Source: Bacteroidales bacterium (GTDB lineage: Bacteria > Bacteroidota > Bacteroidia > Bacteroidales > UBA932). From it: a DNA stretch of 64,000 nucleotides. A program made the translations under genes and the position numbers. Shown here piece after piece: positions 39,586 through 49,105 of this stretch; positions within the stretch are counted from its first letter, which is position 1; every line of letters begins with the position of its first letter. Location: the NCBI GenBank assembly GCA_017427885.1, contig JAFRRW010000013.1, positions 70,828 to 134,827 on the forward strand, given 5' to 3'. Under the pieces are notes generated by a model. The model saw only the letters and a list, made by a program, of their open reading frames with translations, made no database searches and was not told the origin of the DNA.

Positions 39586-41325
39586 TTATCGCTTTCCGAA
39601 CACCAAGGCCATGTCTTCGTCGATGGCCTTGGCTGCCGTTCCGTCGGGGATGAACCTCCAACTCCCTATCAAAGAAGTCTTTCCGGTCTCCTCCGGGGAG
39701 ATGGAACCGTGTCCCTTGAGGTAGTCGTAGACGAGGTTTCTGATCTCTGGCAGCTTGGCGGCGACCCTGCCGTCGAGGGACTTGATACCCGCCCCCCTGG
39801 GCATCAATCCACCACCTCCGCTGGCCCTGTAGGAAGTCATCGCCACCAGGTATTCCTTGTCGGGGCTGAATTCTTCCCCGTTGGCAAGGGTGCTGATATC
39901 CACCCTGTTTCCCTTTTCCTTGGTGATGTCCACCGTGTAGTTGATGCCGGCGGCCGAGTCGAAGTTGTAGGTGCGTTCCGTGAACGACCAGTTCGTCCCT
40001 CCAGTCCTCTGGTCTTTCTGTTCTCGGATGCGCAGGGCGTGTCCGCTGTCCGGGGAGGCCAGCCAGCCGTCGTAGGATTCTTCGAGGTAGCCCTTTATCT
40101 CCTCTCCGGTCATCTTCACCACAAATAGTTGGTTCTCATAGGGATAGATGGTGAACAGGTCGTTGAAGGCGAGGGGCCCGGCCTTGATGGTCTTGTTATA
40201 TGACAGGGGAGCGGCGAAGGAAATCCGGGCGTCTGAAGCCTCAAGGCAGACCGTGTGAATCAGATTGATGTACGGGCACATTCCCCGGAAGGATTCCCTG
40301 GTGACCAGGTCTCCATCAAGTTCGCCTACCGGCCTGAGGGTGAAGGCCTTGACGGCCTCGTAGTCGCTCCTGAAAGCCTCCCTCATCGCCTTGTCGGGAT
40401 TCTCCCTGCGGACCATTATGAGGCGGGAGGACAGGTCCTTGTCGACAACCTTCCCGTCCTTGACGGTTACTTCGATCTTACCGTAACCGACATTCCTTGA
40501 ATGGCTTCCGGAATTGATGAGCAGAGTCGACTCCCTGCCGTCCAGGGCAGGTCTGTGGTCGTGTGAGCATATCAGGAAATCCACCCCGTGGAGGGTCGAG
40601 AGCAGGTCGAGGCCCTGGCTCTCTAGCGATTTCCCGTCGCCGTTGCCATTACCGGAATGGACTGCGACTATGACGACGTGCGGCTTCTCCTTGGCTGTCA
40701 CCCTGTCTACGTCTTCCTGTACCATCGGTATGAGGTTCTCGAAAGTCATTCCTCTCCAGAGGTCTTCCTGGAGCCATCCCTTCATGTTCGGATTGGTGTA
40801 TCCGAGGATCGCGACCTTGAGCCCCGCCCTTTTGACAATGGTGTACAGGGGGAAGTATGGCTTGCCGTCGGAAGTGCGGATGGCATTCCCGGCGAGGAAA
40901 GGTATGCCCTTGCTTTTCAGCTCTTTGGCCACGCGGTCATATACCCTGTGCCCGGTCTCTATGTCGTGATTGCCTACCACAATGGCGTCGTATCCCATAT
41001 ATGACGCCAGGCGGGGGAAGAGGTGGGGGGAAAGTGTGTCCACGTAGTTGAAATAATACGGGGCGTTGTCTCCCTGGAGGCAGTCTCCGGCATCGATGAG
41101 GACGACGTTGTCCTTCCCGTCCGCGGCGCGGACGCTGTCGATTATGGTGTTTACTGCGATGAGAGACCTCCTGGTGTTCCCGTCCACATAGGTGGAGTCG
41201 AACCAGGTGCCGTGTACGTCATTGGTCGTGAGGAGGGTGAGGCTGTGGACCCCGTCTTTCGGGGGCCTGGTGCAGCAGGACAGGGCCAGTATGGCCAGGG
41301 CTGCCGTAAGAAGGGCTTTTTTCAT
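39586..41325 (-). CDS. Bifunctional 2',3'-cyclic phosphodiesterase/5'-nucleotidase lipoprotein (CpdB-like)
   Basis: Lipobox LSC, TNDVHG, DAGD, GNHD, SHDH and YPYEN motifs. Confidence 0.88.
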   Translation of the reverse strand: MKKALLTAALAILALSCCTRPPKDGVHSLTLLTTNDVHGTWFDSTYVDGNTRRSLIAVNTIIDSVRAADGKDNVVLIDAGDCLQGDNAPYYFNYVDTLSPHLFPRLASYMGYDAIVVGNHDIETGHRVYDRVAKELKSKGIPFLAGNAIRTSDGKPYFPLYTIVKRAGLKVAILGYTNPNMKGWLQEDLWRGMTFENLIPMVQEDVDRVTAKEKPHVVIVAVHSGNGNGDGKSLESQGLDLLSTLHGVDFLICSHDHRPALDGRESTLLINSGSHSRNVGYGKIEVTVKDGKVVDKDLSSRLIMVRRENPDKAMREAFRSDYEAVKAFTLRPVGELDGDLVTRESFRGMCPYINLIHTVCLEASDARISFAAPLSYNKTIKAGPLAFNDLFTIYPYENQLFVVKMTGEEIKGYLEESYDGWLASPDSGHALRIREQKDQRTGGTNWSFTERTYNFDSAAGINYTVDITKEKGNRVDISTLANGEEFSPDKEYLVAMTSYRASGGGGLMPRGAGIKSLDGRVAAKLPEIRNLVYDYLKGHGSISPEETGKTSLIGSWRFIPDGTAAKAIDEDMALVFGKR

Positions 41326-41329
41326 ATTG

Positions 41330-42481
41330 TCAGTTTCCGAAAATGAAGGCCAGAGTGAGCTTTTGCTGCCATCCCGAGAACTCCCATTCGTTGAAATGGA
41401 AGACCGTGCTCACCTTGAGGTCTAGGTATTTTGATATTTTGGGCGACCAGAAAATCTCAAGCCTGTCATAGGTTCCCCAATGCTTCCAGCTTTCGTTCCT
41501 GTCACGGTGTACCATATAGAACGGTGATCCCCAGTATAGGTTGGATCCGTATTTCACACCGGCGTCATCGACGGAGTCGTATAGGGGCATCAGGCCTGAA
41601 CCCCAGTAAAGGCGGTTGCGGATGAAAACGTTCCACTTGCCGGCCATCAATTCCAGCTGGGGGCCTCCTGGTGTCAGGAACCCCTTATTCACGCGGCGGT
41701 CCCTCTGCAGGCCCTGGAGCCAGGATAATTCAGCGTAGAGTTGCTGCATCGTGGAAGGAATCTCCTTCTTGATGAAGGGTTCCCCGAGAATATCGTCCAC
41801 CACACCACTGATCGCGGTGGAGTTGGCGTAGTGGTGTCCGTAGAACCTCCAACCCACGAAAATGTCCTTTGCCACATTGGAGACTCCGGAGGAGACGATC
41901 CTGAATTCTTCCCTTCTTTCGCGAGCCTTCATCCCGTACCAGTCCAGTCCGATTTCATAATGTGATTTCGGTTTGTCCAGCTTTGCAAAGAGTCCTGCGA
42001 AATTGTTGGACATCCAGTAAACCGAGTCCGACCAGAAGGGTTGCGTATATTCCCCCTTTGCTATTCCGCGGGGAAAGACTCCGGCGTCGAATGTCACTTT
42101 CGTTCCGGGAGTGTCCCTTACCAGTTCGTAGTACATCAGGATTTCCTGGAACAATGCAGTGTTGTTGAGTTTCGCGTCCTTGTCAGAAGTGGGCCTCTCT
42201 CCCATGTTCTTCACGATGTCGATACCTGCCATCACTCTGTGAGTGACTTCCTTACCTTGAGAAACCTCCACTCCGACAAGGGGGGTCAGCTGTGCTGCGT
42301 TGATAATCATGGAATTTGTGAACCTCTGTCCGGAAGGACTGATTTCACGGTTGTCCAGGTTATAGTAGAGGTTTATGGTGTATACGGGTCTCAACTTTCC
42401 TTCCTTCTCCTGTGAAAGCAGGGAAACGGGCAGGATGAGGGCCAGGGCCGATGCCAGAAGAAACAGGATCGTTTTATTCAT
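41330..42481 (-). CDS. Putative outer-membrane beta-barrel protein
   Basis: Signal peptide, DNRE motif, alternating beta strands and an aromatic C-terminal strand. Confidence 0.65.
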   Translation of the reverse strand: MNKTILFLLASALALILPVSLLSQEKEGKLRPVYTINLYYNLDNREISPSGQRFTNSMIINAAQLTPLVGVEVSQGKEVTHRVMAGIDIVKNMGERPTSDKDAKLNNTALFQEILMYYELVRDTPGTKVTFDAGVFPRGIAKGEYTQPFWSDSVYWMSNNFAGLFAKLDKPKSHYEIGLDWYGMKARERREEFRIVSSGVSNVAKDIFVGWRFYGHHYANSTAISGVVDDILGEPFIKKEIPSTMQQLYAELSWLQGLQRDRRVNKGFLTPGGPQLELMAGKWNVFIRNRLYWGSGLMPLYDSVDDAGVKYGSNLYWGSPFYMVHRDRNESWKHWGTYDRLEIFWSPKISKYLDLKVSTVFHFNEWEFSGWQQKLTLAFIFGN

Positions 42482-42484
42482 AAT

Positions 42485-42503
42485 GCAAAATTACTAATTT
42501 TGC
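42485..42503. promoter_or_regulatory. Back-to-back divergent -7 boxes forming a palindrome
   Basis: GCAAAATTA-C-TAATTTTGC gives TAATTTTG on both strands. Confidence 0.6.
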
Positions 42504-42521
42504 GTGAAATAATAACTCGCC

Positions 42522-43391
42522 ATGATAAAACTGCAGACTCCCGTGGAAGCCGGGAAATGTTCGCTGGGTATCGGTCTGGACGACGGTTTCATCGTCCTGG
42601 GAAGCTGTTTCGCCGATGAGATGGGCGGGAGGATGGCCGCAGGGGGTCTCAAGGCCTGCGTGAACCCTTTCGGAACCCTTTACAACCCGGTTTCCGTATG
42701 CAATTCTGTCACGAGGATGTCCGCCGGTGTGCCGTTCACGGAGGACGACTGCGTGGAAATGGGTGCGGGGGCCGGACTCATCTGCTCTTTCAGCCACCAC
42801 ACATCCTTCGCCCGTCCCACCAAGGAGGAATTCCTTGAGAATGCCAATTCCGCCCTGAAAGAGGCCTCGGAGGCTTTCGGGGAGGCTTCGGTGGTGATGG
42901 TCACACTTGGCACCAGCTGGTGTTTCCGCCACTTGAAAACCGGCGAGACCGTCTCCAACTGCCTGAAAAGGGATGCCGCCGAGTTCTCCAGGGAGATGCT
43001 GGACTGGGAGACCACATCGGCCCTGCTACGCAGGATGGTGTCTCGTTTTCCTGAAAAGAAGTTCATTTTCACCGTCAGTCCCATACGGCACCTTGCCGAC
43101 GGAGCCCACGGCAACCAGCTCAGCAAGAGTGCGTTGCTGATGGCGGTCGACAGCGTGTGCAGGGCTTTTCCCGGGAGGACGGACTATTTCCCTTCCTACG
43201 AGATATTGCTCGACGAACTCCGCGACTACCGTTTCTACGCGGAGGATATGGTCCACCCCTCTCCGGTTGCCGTGGATTATATCTGGAAAAGATTCTGCGA
43301 ATGGGCTTTCAACGCCCGGGCCCTCGAAAGGATAACGGCGGCGGAAAAGGCTTTCCGCCAGTCCCTCCACCGTCCTAACCTTAAGAAATAA
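42522..43391 (+). CDS. GSCFA-domain protein
   Basis: LGSCFA, NPFG.LYNP, TVSPIRH and YFPSYEI..DELRDYRFY.EDMVHP. Confidence 0.92.
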   Translation: MIKLQTPVEAGKCSLGIGLDDGFIVLGSCFADEMGGRMAAGGLKACVNPFGTLYNPVSVCNSVTRMSAGVPFTEDDCVEMGAGAGLICSFSHHTSFARPTKEEFLENANSALKEASEAFGEASVVMVTLGTSWCFRHLKTGETVSNCLKRDAAEFSREMLDWETTSALLRRMVSRFPEKKFIFTVSPIRHLADGAHGNQLSKSALLMAVDSVCRAFPGRTDYFPSYEILLDELRDYRFYAEDMVHPSPVAVDYIWKRFCEWAFNARALERITAAEKAFRQSLHRPNLKK

Positions 43392-45431
43392 TCAGTCTTG
43401 TCTTCCCTCGTTGAAAGCTGCGACTCCGTCCTGCAGGAAGGAGAGGAAGGCATCGACGTCGAGGTTGTATCCCCTCGTGGGGAGAAGCTGCGATCCCTTT
43501 GAATCAAGGATGACGTAACTGGGTTGGGAGTTGACCCCGAACCTGTCCCTTACCAGACGGGAGTTCACCCTCCCGAGATCTTTCAGCACCTTTCCGGATT
43601 CAGTCGTGACCCAGTCTTTCTCAGGGAGTTTGCTCTTGTCGTCGGTGTATAGGGCCACGATGACGTAATCCTTGTCCATCATATCCCTTACCCGTGGATC
43701 GCTCCACACCCTCTGCTCCATTTCCCTGCAGTTGACGCACCCGTGTCCCGTGATGTCCACGAACACCGGCTTCCCTTCCTTCGCGGATGCTGCAAGCGCC
43801 TTATCCAGCGAGAAATAACCGTTCAGGCCATTGGGCAGGCTGAGCCCGAAGTCGTTTGGCTGGCCTTCCGAAGTGACGTTCCCCAGCACGAAGTCCTGGG
43901 TCTCGATGGGAGGAAGATAGCCTGAAAGGGCCTTGAGAGGGGCTCCCCACATCCCGGGAATCATATAGACCACGAAAGTGAAGTCCACTATGGCCAGGAA
44001 AAGCCTTCCTATGCCGATGTGCCTGAGTTCCTCGTCATATTTGAACCGTATCTTTCCGAGGAGGTAGAACCCCAGGAGGGTGAAGACCACGATCCATATC
44101 GCCAGGTATATCTCCCTGTCCAGGATGCCCCAGTGGTAGGTCTGATCAGCCACGCTGAGGAATTTGAGGCCGAGGGCCAACTCTATGAAACCGAGGGTAA
44201 CCTTCACCGAATTGAGCCAGCCGCCGCTTTTCATCTTCTTCAGGACCGAAGGGAAGAGGGCGAAGACCGTGAAGGGGAGGGCGAAGGCCACCGAGAAGGC
44301 CAGCATCGTGACCATCGGCGTCCAGAACTCTCCCCGGGTTGATTTGATAAGCACCGTGCCGACGATGGGGCCGGTGCAGGAGAAGGACACCAGCACGAGG
44401 GTGAGGGCTAGGAAGAATATGCCTCCCAGCCCTTCGCGTCCGGATTTCTTGTCGCTGTCGTTGACCAGTTTGGACGGCAGGGTGATCTCGAAGGCTCCGA
44501 AGAAGGAGGCCGCGAAGACCATGAACACCAGGAAGAATATGATGTTCGGCAGCCAGTGAGTGGATAGCCAGTTGAAAATGTCAGCCGTCACGACCTCTCC
44601 GCCAATGAGCCAGGTCAGGCCTATGATGATGCAGATGGGTACGGTGTAAAGCAGGACTATGAACAGGCCGTACATAAATGCCTTGAACCTTCCTGCGGCA
44701 GGCGATGATGATCCTTTCAGGAAAAACGAGACGGTCATCGGCACCATCGGGAAGACGCAGGGCGTGAGCAGCATCGCGAATCCCCAGAGGATGGCCTCCA
44801 GGATCAGGGCCCAGATGGACGTGCCGTCCGCGCCGCCGCCCCTTTCGGGGTCTTTTATGTAAGTCTGGTGTTCAGAGGGAGCGACTTCGGAGGCGTAGAA
44901 CGTGAAATCCCAGTCGATAGGTGGAGTGCACATCACGTCGTTGCAGGCCTGGTAGGTCAGGGTGCCAGTAATCTTTGCGTTTTTTCCGGCCTCGGCGATG
45001 ATCTGTGCGATTTCGGTCCTCCCGAAGAAGACCTTGTTGCCGCCCAGCTCCTCCGGAGCCTTCGTCTCGAAAACCTCACCGTCCGGGGTCCAGCCGTCGG
45101 GAGCGTCGAAAGTGACGTAGGCCGGGGTGACGGGGTCCGAGACCGAATACACGTGCCAGCCCTCGTCTATCATCCCCGTAAACACCAGGGTATCACCCCT
45201 TTGCGATACCTTCCAGGACACAGGGTCACCGGTAGCGGCTCCGGCAGGAGCGAACAATTCGGCGAAGCCTGTTTTACCGTGAGCTCCGTCGGAGCCGCTA
45301 CCGGTCTGGTCGGTGGCTAACATTTTGGCGAAGCCTGAGTAACCGTGAGCCATGGCGGAGCCAATACCGGCGAGGGATGTGGCGGGAACCAGGGCGAGGA
45401 GGATGGCTAGTATGCGGCCGGTGAGGAACAT
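43392..45431 (-). CDS. dsbD: Thiol:disulfide interchange protein DsbD, with a ~47-aa repeat-derived N-terminal insert
   Basis: ACNDVMCTPP, LTPCVFPMVP, SFSCTGP and thioredoxin GCVNC. Confidence 0.9.
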   Translation of the reverse strand: MFLTGRILAILLALVPATSLAGIGSAMAHGYSGFAKMLATDQTGSGSDGAHGKTGFAELFAPAGAATGDPVSWKVSQRGDTLVFTGMIDEGWHVYSVSDPVTPAYVTFDAPDGWTPDGEVFETKAPEELGGNKVFFGRTEIAQIIAEAGKNAKITGTLTYQACNDVMCTPPIDWDFTFYASEVAPSEHQTYIKDPERGGGADGTSIWALILEAILWGFAMLLTPCVFPMVPMTVSFFLKGSSSPAAGRFKAFMYGLFIVLLYTVPICIIIGLTWLIGGEVVTADIFNWLSTHWLPNIIFFLVFMVFAASFFGAFEITLPSKLVNDSDKKSGREGLGGIFFLALTLVLVSFSCTGPIVGTVLIKSTRGEFWTPMVTMLAFSVAFALPFTVFALFPSVLKKMKSGGWLNSVKVTLGFIELALGLKFLSVADQTYHWGILDREIYLAIWIVVFTLLGFYLLGKIRFKYDEELRHIGIGRLFLAIVDFTFVVYMIPGMWGAPLKALSGYLPPIETQDFVLGNVTSEGQPNDFGLSLPNGLNGYFSLDKALAASAKEGKPVFVDITGHGCVNCREMEQRVWSDPRVRDMMDKDYVIVALYTDDKSKLPEKDWVTTESGKVLKDLGRVNSRLVRDRFGVNSQPSYVILDSKGSQLLPTRGYNLDVDAFLSFLQDGVAAFNEGRQD
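45228..45370 (+). repeat. Two tandem family-1-related elements inserted in frame in dsbD
   Basis: ACCGGTAGCGGCTCCGGC-A-GGAGC / GCTCC-GTCGGAGCCGCTACCGGT stem (45228-45305). A second copy of loop + right arm follows 66 bp later. Confidence 0.85.
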
Positions 45432-45433
45432 GA

Positions 45434-46969
45434 CTATTTGGCGAAGGCTATGGAACGGGTTTCCCGGATGACGGTGATCTTCACCTGGCCGGGATACGTC
45501 ATCTCTTCCTGAATCTTCTGGGCGATTTCAGTGGAAAGGCGTGCGGCCTGGTCGTCGCTGACCTCTTCAGCTCCTACGATCACCCTCAGTTCGCGTCCGG
45601 CCTGGATGGCGTAACTCTTGGTGACGCCAGGATAGGATGCCGCCAGGTCTTCCATACCCTTGAGCCTCTTGATGTAAGATTCGATTACCTCCCTGCGGGC
45701 GCCCGGACGGGCACCGGAAATGGCGTCGCCGATCATCACGATGGGGGAGATGAGGGATGTCATCTCGATCTCCTCGTGATGGGCTCCGATGGCGTTGCAG
45801 ATGTCGGGTTTCTCCTTGTACTGCTCCGCCAGTTTCATTCCCAGGATGGCGTGAGGGAGTTCGGGATCCTCGTCGGAAACCTTTCCGATGTCATGGAGGA
45901 GTCCGGCTCTCTTTGCCGCCTTGGGATTGAGTCCGAGTTCGCTTGCCATTATGGCGCTGAGGCTGGCGACCTCCCTGGAATGCTGCAGCAGGTTCTGGCC
46001 GTAGGAGGAACGGTATTTCATCCTTCCTATCAGCTTGACCAGTTCGATGTTGAGTCCGTGCACGCCGAGGTCGATGCAGGTTCTCTTACCGGTCTCGAGT
46101 ATTTCATCCTCAAGCTGTTTCTGAACCTTTGCCACGACTTCTTCGATGCGGGCGGGATGGATCCTGCCGTCCACGACCAGCTGGTGCAGGGCGAGGCGGG
46201 CCACCTCCCTGCGGACGGGATCGAAGGCCGAAAGGAGGATGGCGTCCGGGGTGTCGTCGACCACGATCTCCACTCCTGTGGCAGCCTCGAGGGCCCTGAT
46301 GTTACGGCCCTCCCGGCCGATGATGCGCCCCTTGATCTCATCGTTGTCGATAGGGAAGGTGGTGACGGCGTTCTCGATCGCCGTCTCGGTGGCCGTCCTC
46401 TGTATCGTATTGATAACTATTCTCTTGGCCTCCTTGGTGGCGTTCATCCTGGCCTCGTCCATCGTGTCGTTGATGTAGGCCTGGGCCTCGGTGCGGGCCT
46501 CGGCCTTCATATTCTCCATCAGGATGTTCTTGGCCTCGGCGGCGCTCATCCCGGCAACGGTCTCGAGCTGCTTGTTCGCCTGGTCCATCAGCTTGTCGAA
46601 CTCTTCTCTCTTCTTGTTCAGCGTTTCCTGGAGGGCGGCGGCTGCGGCCTTGGCCGCGTCGGCATCGTGTATCTTGCGTGACAGCTCGCCGTTCTGCTGG
46701 TTCAGGGAGTTCTCCTTCTGCTTTATCCTGTTTTCGGCTTCGCGTATCTGGGCGTTCCTCTCGTTCACCTGTTTCTCGTGCTCGCTCTTGAGCTGCAGGA
46801 TCCTCTCCTTGGCCTGCAGGATCCTCTCCTGCTTGATCCTTTCGGCGTCCGCCTCGGCCTTCAGGAGTATCTCGTCCCTGCGTCCCCTCATTATGCTCCT
46901 GTGTATCAGGAAATATGCGGCGAGGGCGATAATCGCTCCTCCTATGGCCGCCAATATGATGTATACCAT
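45434..46969 (-). CDS. rny: Ribonuclease Y
   Basis: N-terminal TM, coiled coil, KH ([12 protein letters not shown]) and HD (LLHDIGK) domains. Confidence 0.96.
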   Translation of the reverse strand: MVYIILAAIGGAIIALAAYFLIHRSIMRGRRDEILLKAEADAERIKQERILQAKERILQLKSEHEKQVNERNAQIREAENRIKQKENSLNQQNGELSRKIHDADAAKAAAAALQETLNKKREEFDKLMDQANKQLETVAGMSAAEAKNILMENMKAEARTEAQAYINDTMDEARMNATKEAKRIVINTIQRTATETAIENAVTTFPIDNDEIKGRIIGREGRNIRALEAATGVEIVVDDTPDAILLSAFDPVRREVARLALHQLVVDGRIHPARIEEVVAKVQKQLEDEILETGKRTCIDLGVHGLNIELVKLIGRMKYRSSYGQNLLQHSREVASLSAIMASELGLNPKAAKRAGLLHDIGKVSDEDPELPHAILGMKLAEQYKEKPDICNAIGAHHEEIEMTSLISPIVMIGDAISGARPGARREVIESYIKRLKGMEDLAASYPGVTKSYAIQAGRELRVIVGAEEVSDDQAARLSTEIAQKIQEEMTYPGQVKITVIRETRSIAFAK

Positions 46970-47016
46970 TACGTAGATGTTTAGATATTAAGGTTTTACT
47001 ATGGTTGTCAGTACAC

Positions 47017-47047
47017 AAAAAGGCCGCCCGGTGGAAGCCGGACAGCC
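47017..47047 (-). terminator. Intrinsic terminator between the 6S-like RNA and rny
   Basis: Minus strand GGCTGTCCGG-CTTCCA-CCGGGCGGCC-TTTTT. Confidence 0.65.
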
Positions 47048-47068
47048 GGAATGGTGAAAGGGAAAAAA

Positions 47069-47235
47069 GCCGTTAGCCGCTCGTCATAAAATCTTTATGA
47101 CAGGATTTGGGGTCCGTTACGTTTCAGAGATCCGGCGTCCGCACTGGTGCGGAAGGGTCCCGGCCTGTCTTCGTCGTCCCGAGAGCACCCGGCAATTGCT
47201 TCAACTTGTTGATTTAAGCGCCAGGGGCTAACGGC
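47069..47235 (-). ncRNA. ssrS: 6S RNA (Bacteroidetes type)
   Basis: Lies between zapA and rny (known synteny). ~167 nt closed by a perfect 10-bp stem GCCGTTAGCC/GGCTAACGGC followed by U6. Confidence 0.7.
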
Positions 47236-47536
47236 CGCTCTTCCCAATATTTGCAAGATAGTCCTCCAAGTCTTTCTGAAGCCTTTTGGCCTCGTCGGTG
47301 AGGGTGGCCGACAGTTCGGCCGACCTTTTCTGAACCGACAACCTCCCGACGGCCTCGTTCAACGCTACGAACGAGAGTTTGTCGGAAAGGGACTTGTCGG
47401 GAAATTTCGAGTCGTAGGCGGCCAGTTTCTGGTTTATGGCCTCGGCCGCCAGCCTGATCAACCGCTCCATCTCGGGAGAGTCAGCTTTCAGCGGGTATTC
47501 ATTCCCCGCAATTTTTATGGTGATGCTCTGGCTCAT
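47228..47536 (-). CDS. zapA: Cell division protein ZapA
   Basis: ITIKIAGNEYPL...E.LIR.AA..IN followed by a coiled coil. Confidence 0.88.
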   Translation of the reverse strand: MSQSITIKIAGNEYPLKADSPEMERLIRLAAEAINQKLAAYDSKFPDKSLSDKLSFVALNEAVGRLSVQKRSAELSATLTDEAKRLQKDLEDYLANIGKSGR

Positions 47537-47537
47537 C

Positions 47538-47810
47538 TCAAATCTCGAGCAGTTTTATGCATTTGTCAATTTCCCGGATCAGTCCGTCAATCTTCTGCTT
47601 CGCCGCAGAGTCGCTTCCGGCGGGAGCCATGAAGGCCTCTGCAAGCTTGAGAGTGTCTATCTGATTTTCCAACTCCGTTATCTGCTTCCTGAAGGCATCA
47701 CGTTCGGCAACCGCCTTGTCGAGGTTGGCGCGGAGGGAATCGTTCTCCGCCTTCGCCGCCTCGTACAGGGCGATAAGCTTTTCGATATTTTTTCTTATAT
47801 CTTCAAGCAT
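47538..47810 (-). CDS. Coiled-coil protein upstream of zapA (ZapB-like)
   Basis: Coiled coil ending AKQKIDGLIREIDKCIKLL, in its conserved Bacteroidetes position. Confidence 0.75.
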   Translation of the reverse strand: MLEDIRKNIEKLIALYEAAKAENDSLRANLDKAVAERDAFRKQITELENQIDTLKLAEAFMAPAGSDSAAKQKIDGLIREIDKCIKLLEI

Positions 47811-47929
47811 ATATGCCTCAGTTAACCTTTATTGGTGCAAATTTATGAAAAAAACTCTTATTGTCAATCACAAAATTGAACATAAACATTAAATTTGCAC
47901 AAGACAGGAATCCATAAGAATTTTCAGGA

Positions 47930-49105
47930 GTGAATAATAAGAAATTCGGACTGCTTCCACGGATATTCACCGCCATCGCTCTGGGCCTCATCCTGGGCAA
48001 TGTCCTTCCCCTTGGGGCCATCAGGGCGTTCGCCACGTTCAATGGCATATTCGGGAACTTTCTCCAATTCCTTATCCCTTTGATAATCATAGGGCTGGTG
48101 ACCCCTGCGATAGCCGATATCGGCAAGGGCGCCGGCGCCCTCCTGGCAATCACCGCCCTCATAGCCTACGGCGATACCGTCTTTTCCGGCTTCCTGTCCT
48201 ATTTCACCGGAGTCTCCGTATTCCCCTCGCTGATCGACTCCTCTTCCTCCCTTGCCGAGGTGTCCGTTTCAGGAGGCGTCGAGCCATTCTTCACCATTGC
48301 GATCCCTCCGATAATGGACGTGATGGCCTCCCTGGTGTTCGCGCTCACCCTGGGCCTGGGCGTTGCCTTCTTCGGGTCCCAGAACATCAAGAACATAGCC
48401 GACGAGTTCAAGGACATCGTGGTCAAGACGATAGAGGTGGTCATCATCCCTCTGCTGCCGATTTACATCTTCGGCATTTTCCTCAGCATGACCTACACCG
48501 GCCAGGTCTGGCACGTCCTCAAGGTGTTCATCGCCATAATCGGGGTGATTTTCGTCCTGCACATCCTCCTGCTGGTGCTCCAGTACTGCATAGCGGGAGC
48601 CGTGGTCCGCAGAAATCCCTTCCGCCTCCTCGCCAACATGCTCCCGGCGTATTTCACCGCGCTTGGCACGTCCTCTTCGGCGGCCACCATACCCGTCACC
48701 CTGTCCAGCACCCTCAAGAACGGGGTGAAGGAGGAGATCGCCGGGTTCACGGTGCCGCTCTGCGCCACCATCCACCTCTCCGGCTCCATGCTGAAGATCA
48801 CGGCCTGCGCCGTGGCCCTGATGCTGATGCGGGGGATGGAGTTCAACGCCGGTATGTTCACGGGTTTCATCCTCCTCCTCGCGATAATGATGGTCGCCGC
48901 CCCCGGAGTGCCCGGCGGAGCGATAATGGCCGCCCTCGGCGTACTGACCACCATCCTTGGTTTCGGGGAACAGGAGCAGGCACTTATGATTGCGTTATAC
49001 ATCACGATGGACAGTTTCGGCACGGCCTGCAACGTGACCGGAGACGGTGCCATAGCCCTCGTTGTGGACAAGTTGTTCAGAAAAAAACTGAAATATGAAG
49101 AATAA
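47930..49105 (+). CDS. Dicarboxylate/amino acid:cation symporter (SstT-like)
   Basis: TSSSAATIP, PLCATIHLSG, AAPGVPGG and DSFGTACNVTGD. Confidence 0.9.
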   Translation: MNNKKFGLLPRIFTAIALGLILGNVLPLGAIRAFATFNGIFGNFLQFLIPLIIIGLVTPAIADIGKGAGALLAITALIAYGDTVFSGFLSYFTGVSVFPSLIDSSSSLAEVSVSGGVEPFFTIAIPPIMDVMASLVFALTLGLGVAFFGSQNIKNIADEFKDIVVKTIEVVIIPLLPIYIFGIFLSMTYTGQVWHVLKVFIAIIGVIFVLHILLLVLQYCIAGAVVRRNPFRLLANMLPAYFTALGTSSSAATIPVTLSSTLKNGVKEEIAGFTVPLCATIHLSGSMLKITACAVALMLMRGMEFNAGMFTGFILLLAIMMVAAPGVPGGAIMAALGVLTTILGFGEQEQALMIALYITMDSFGTACNVTGDGAIALVVDKLFRKKLKYEE

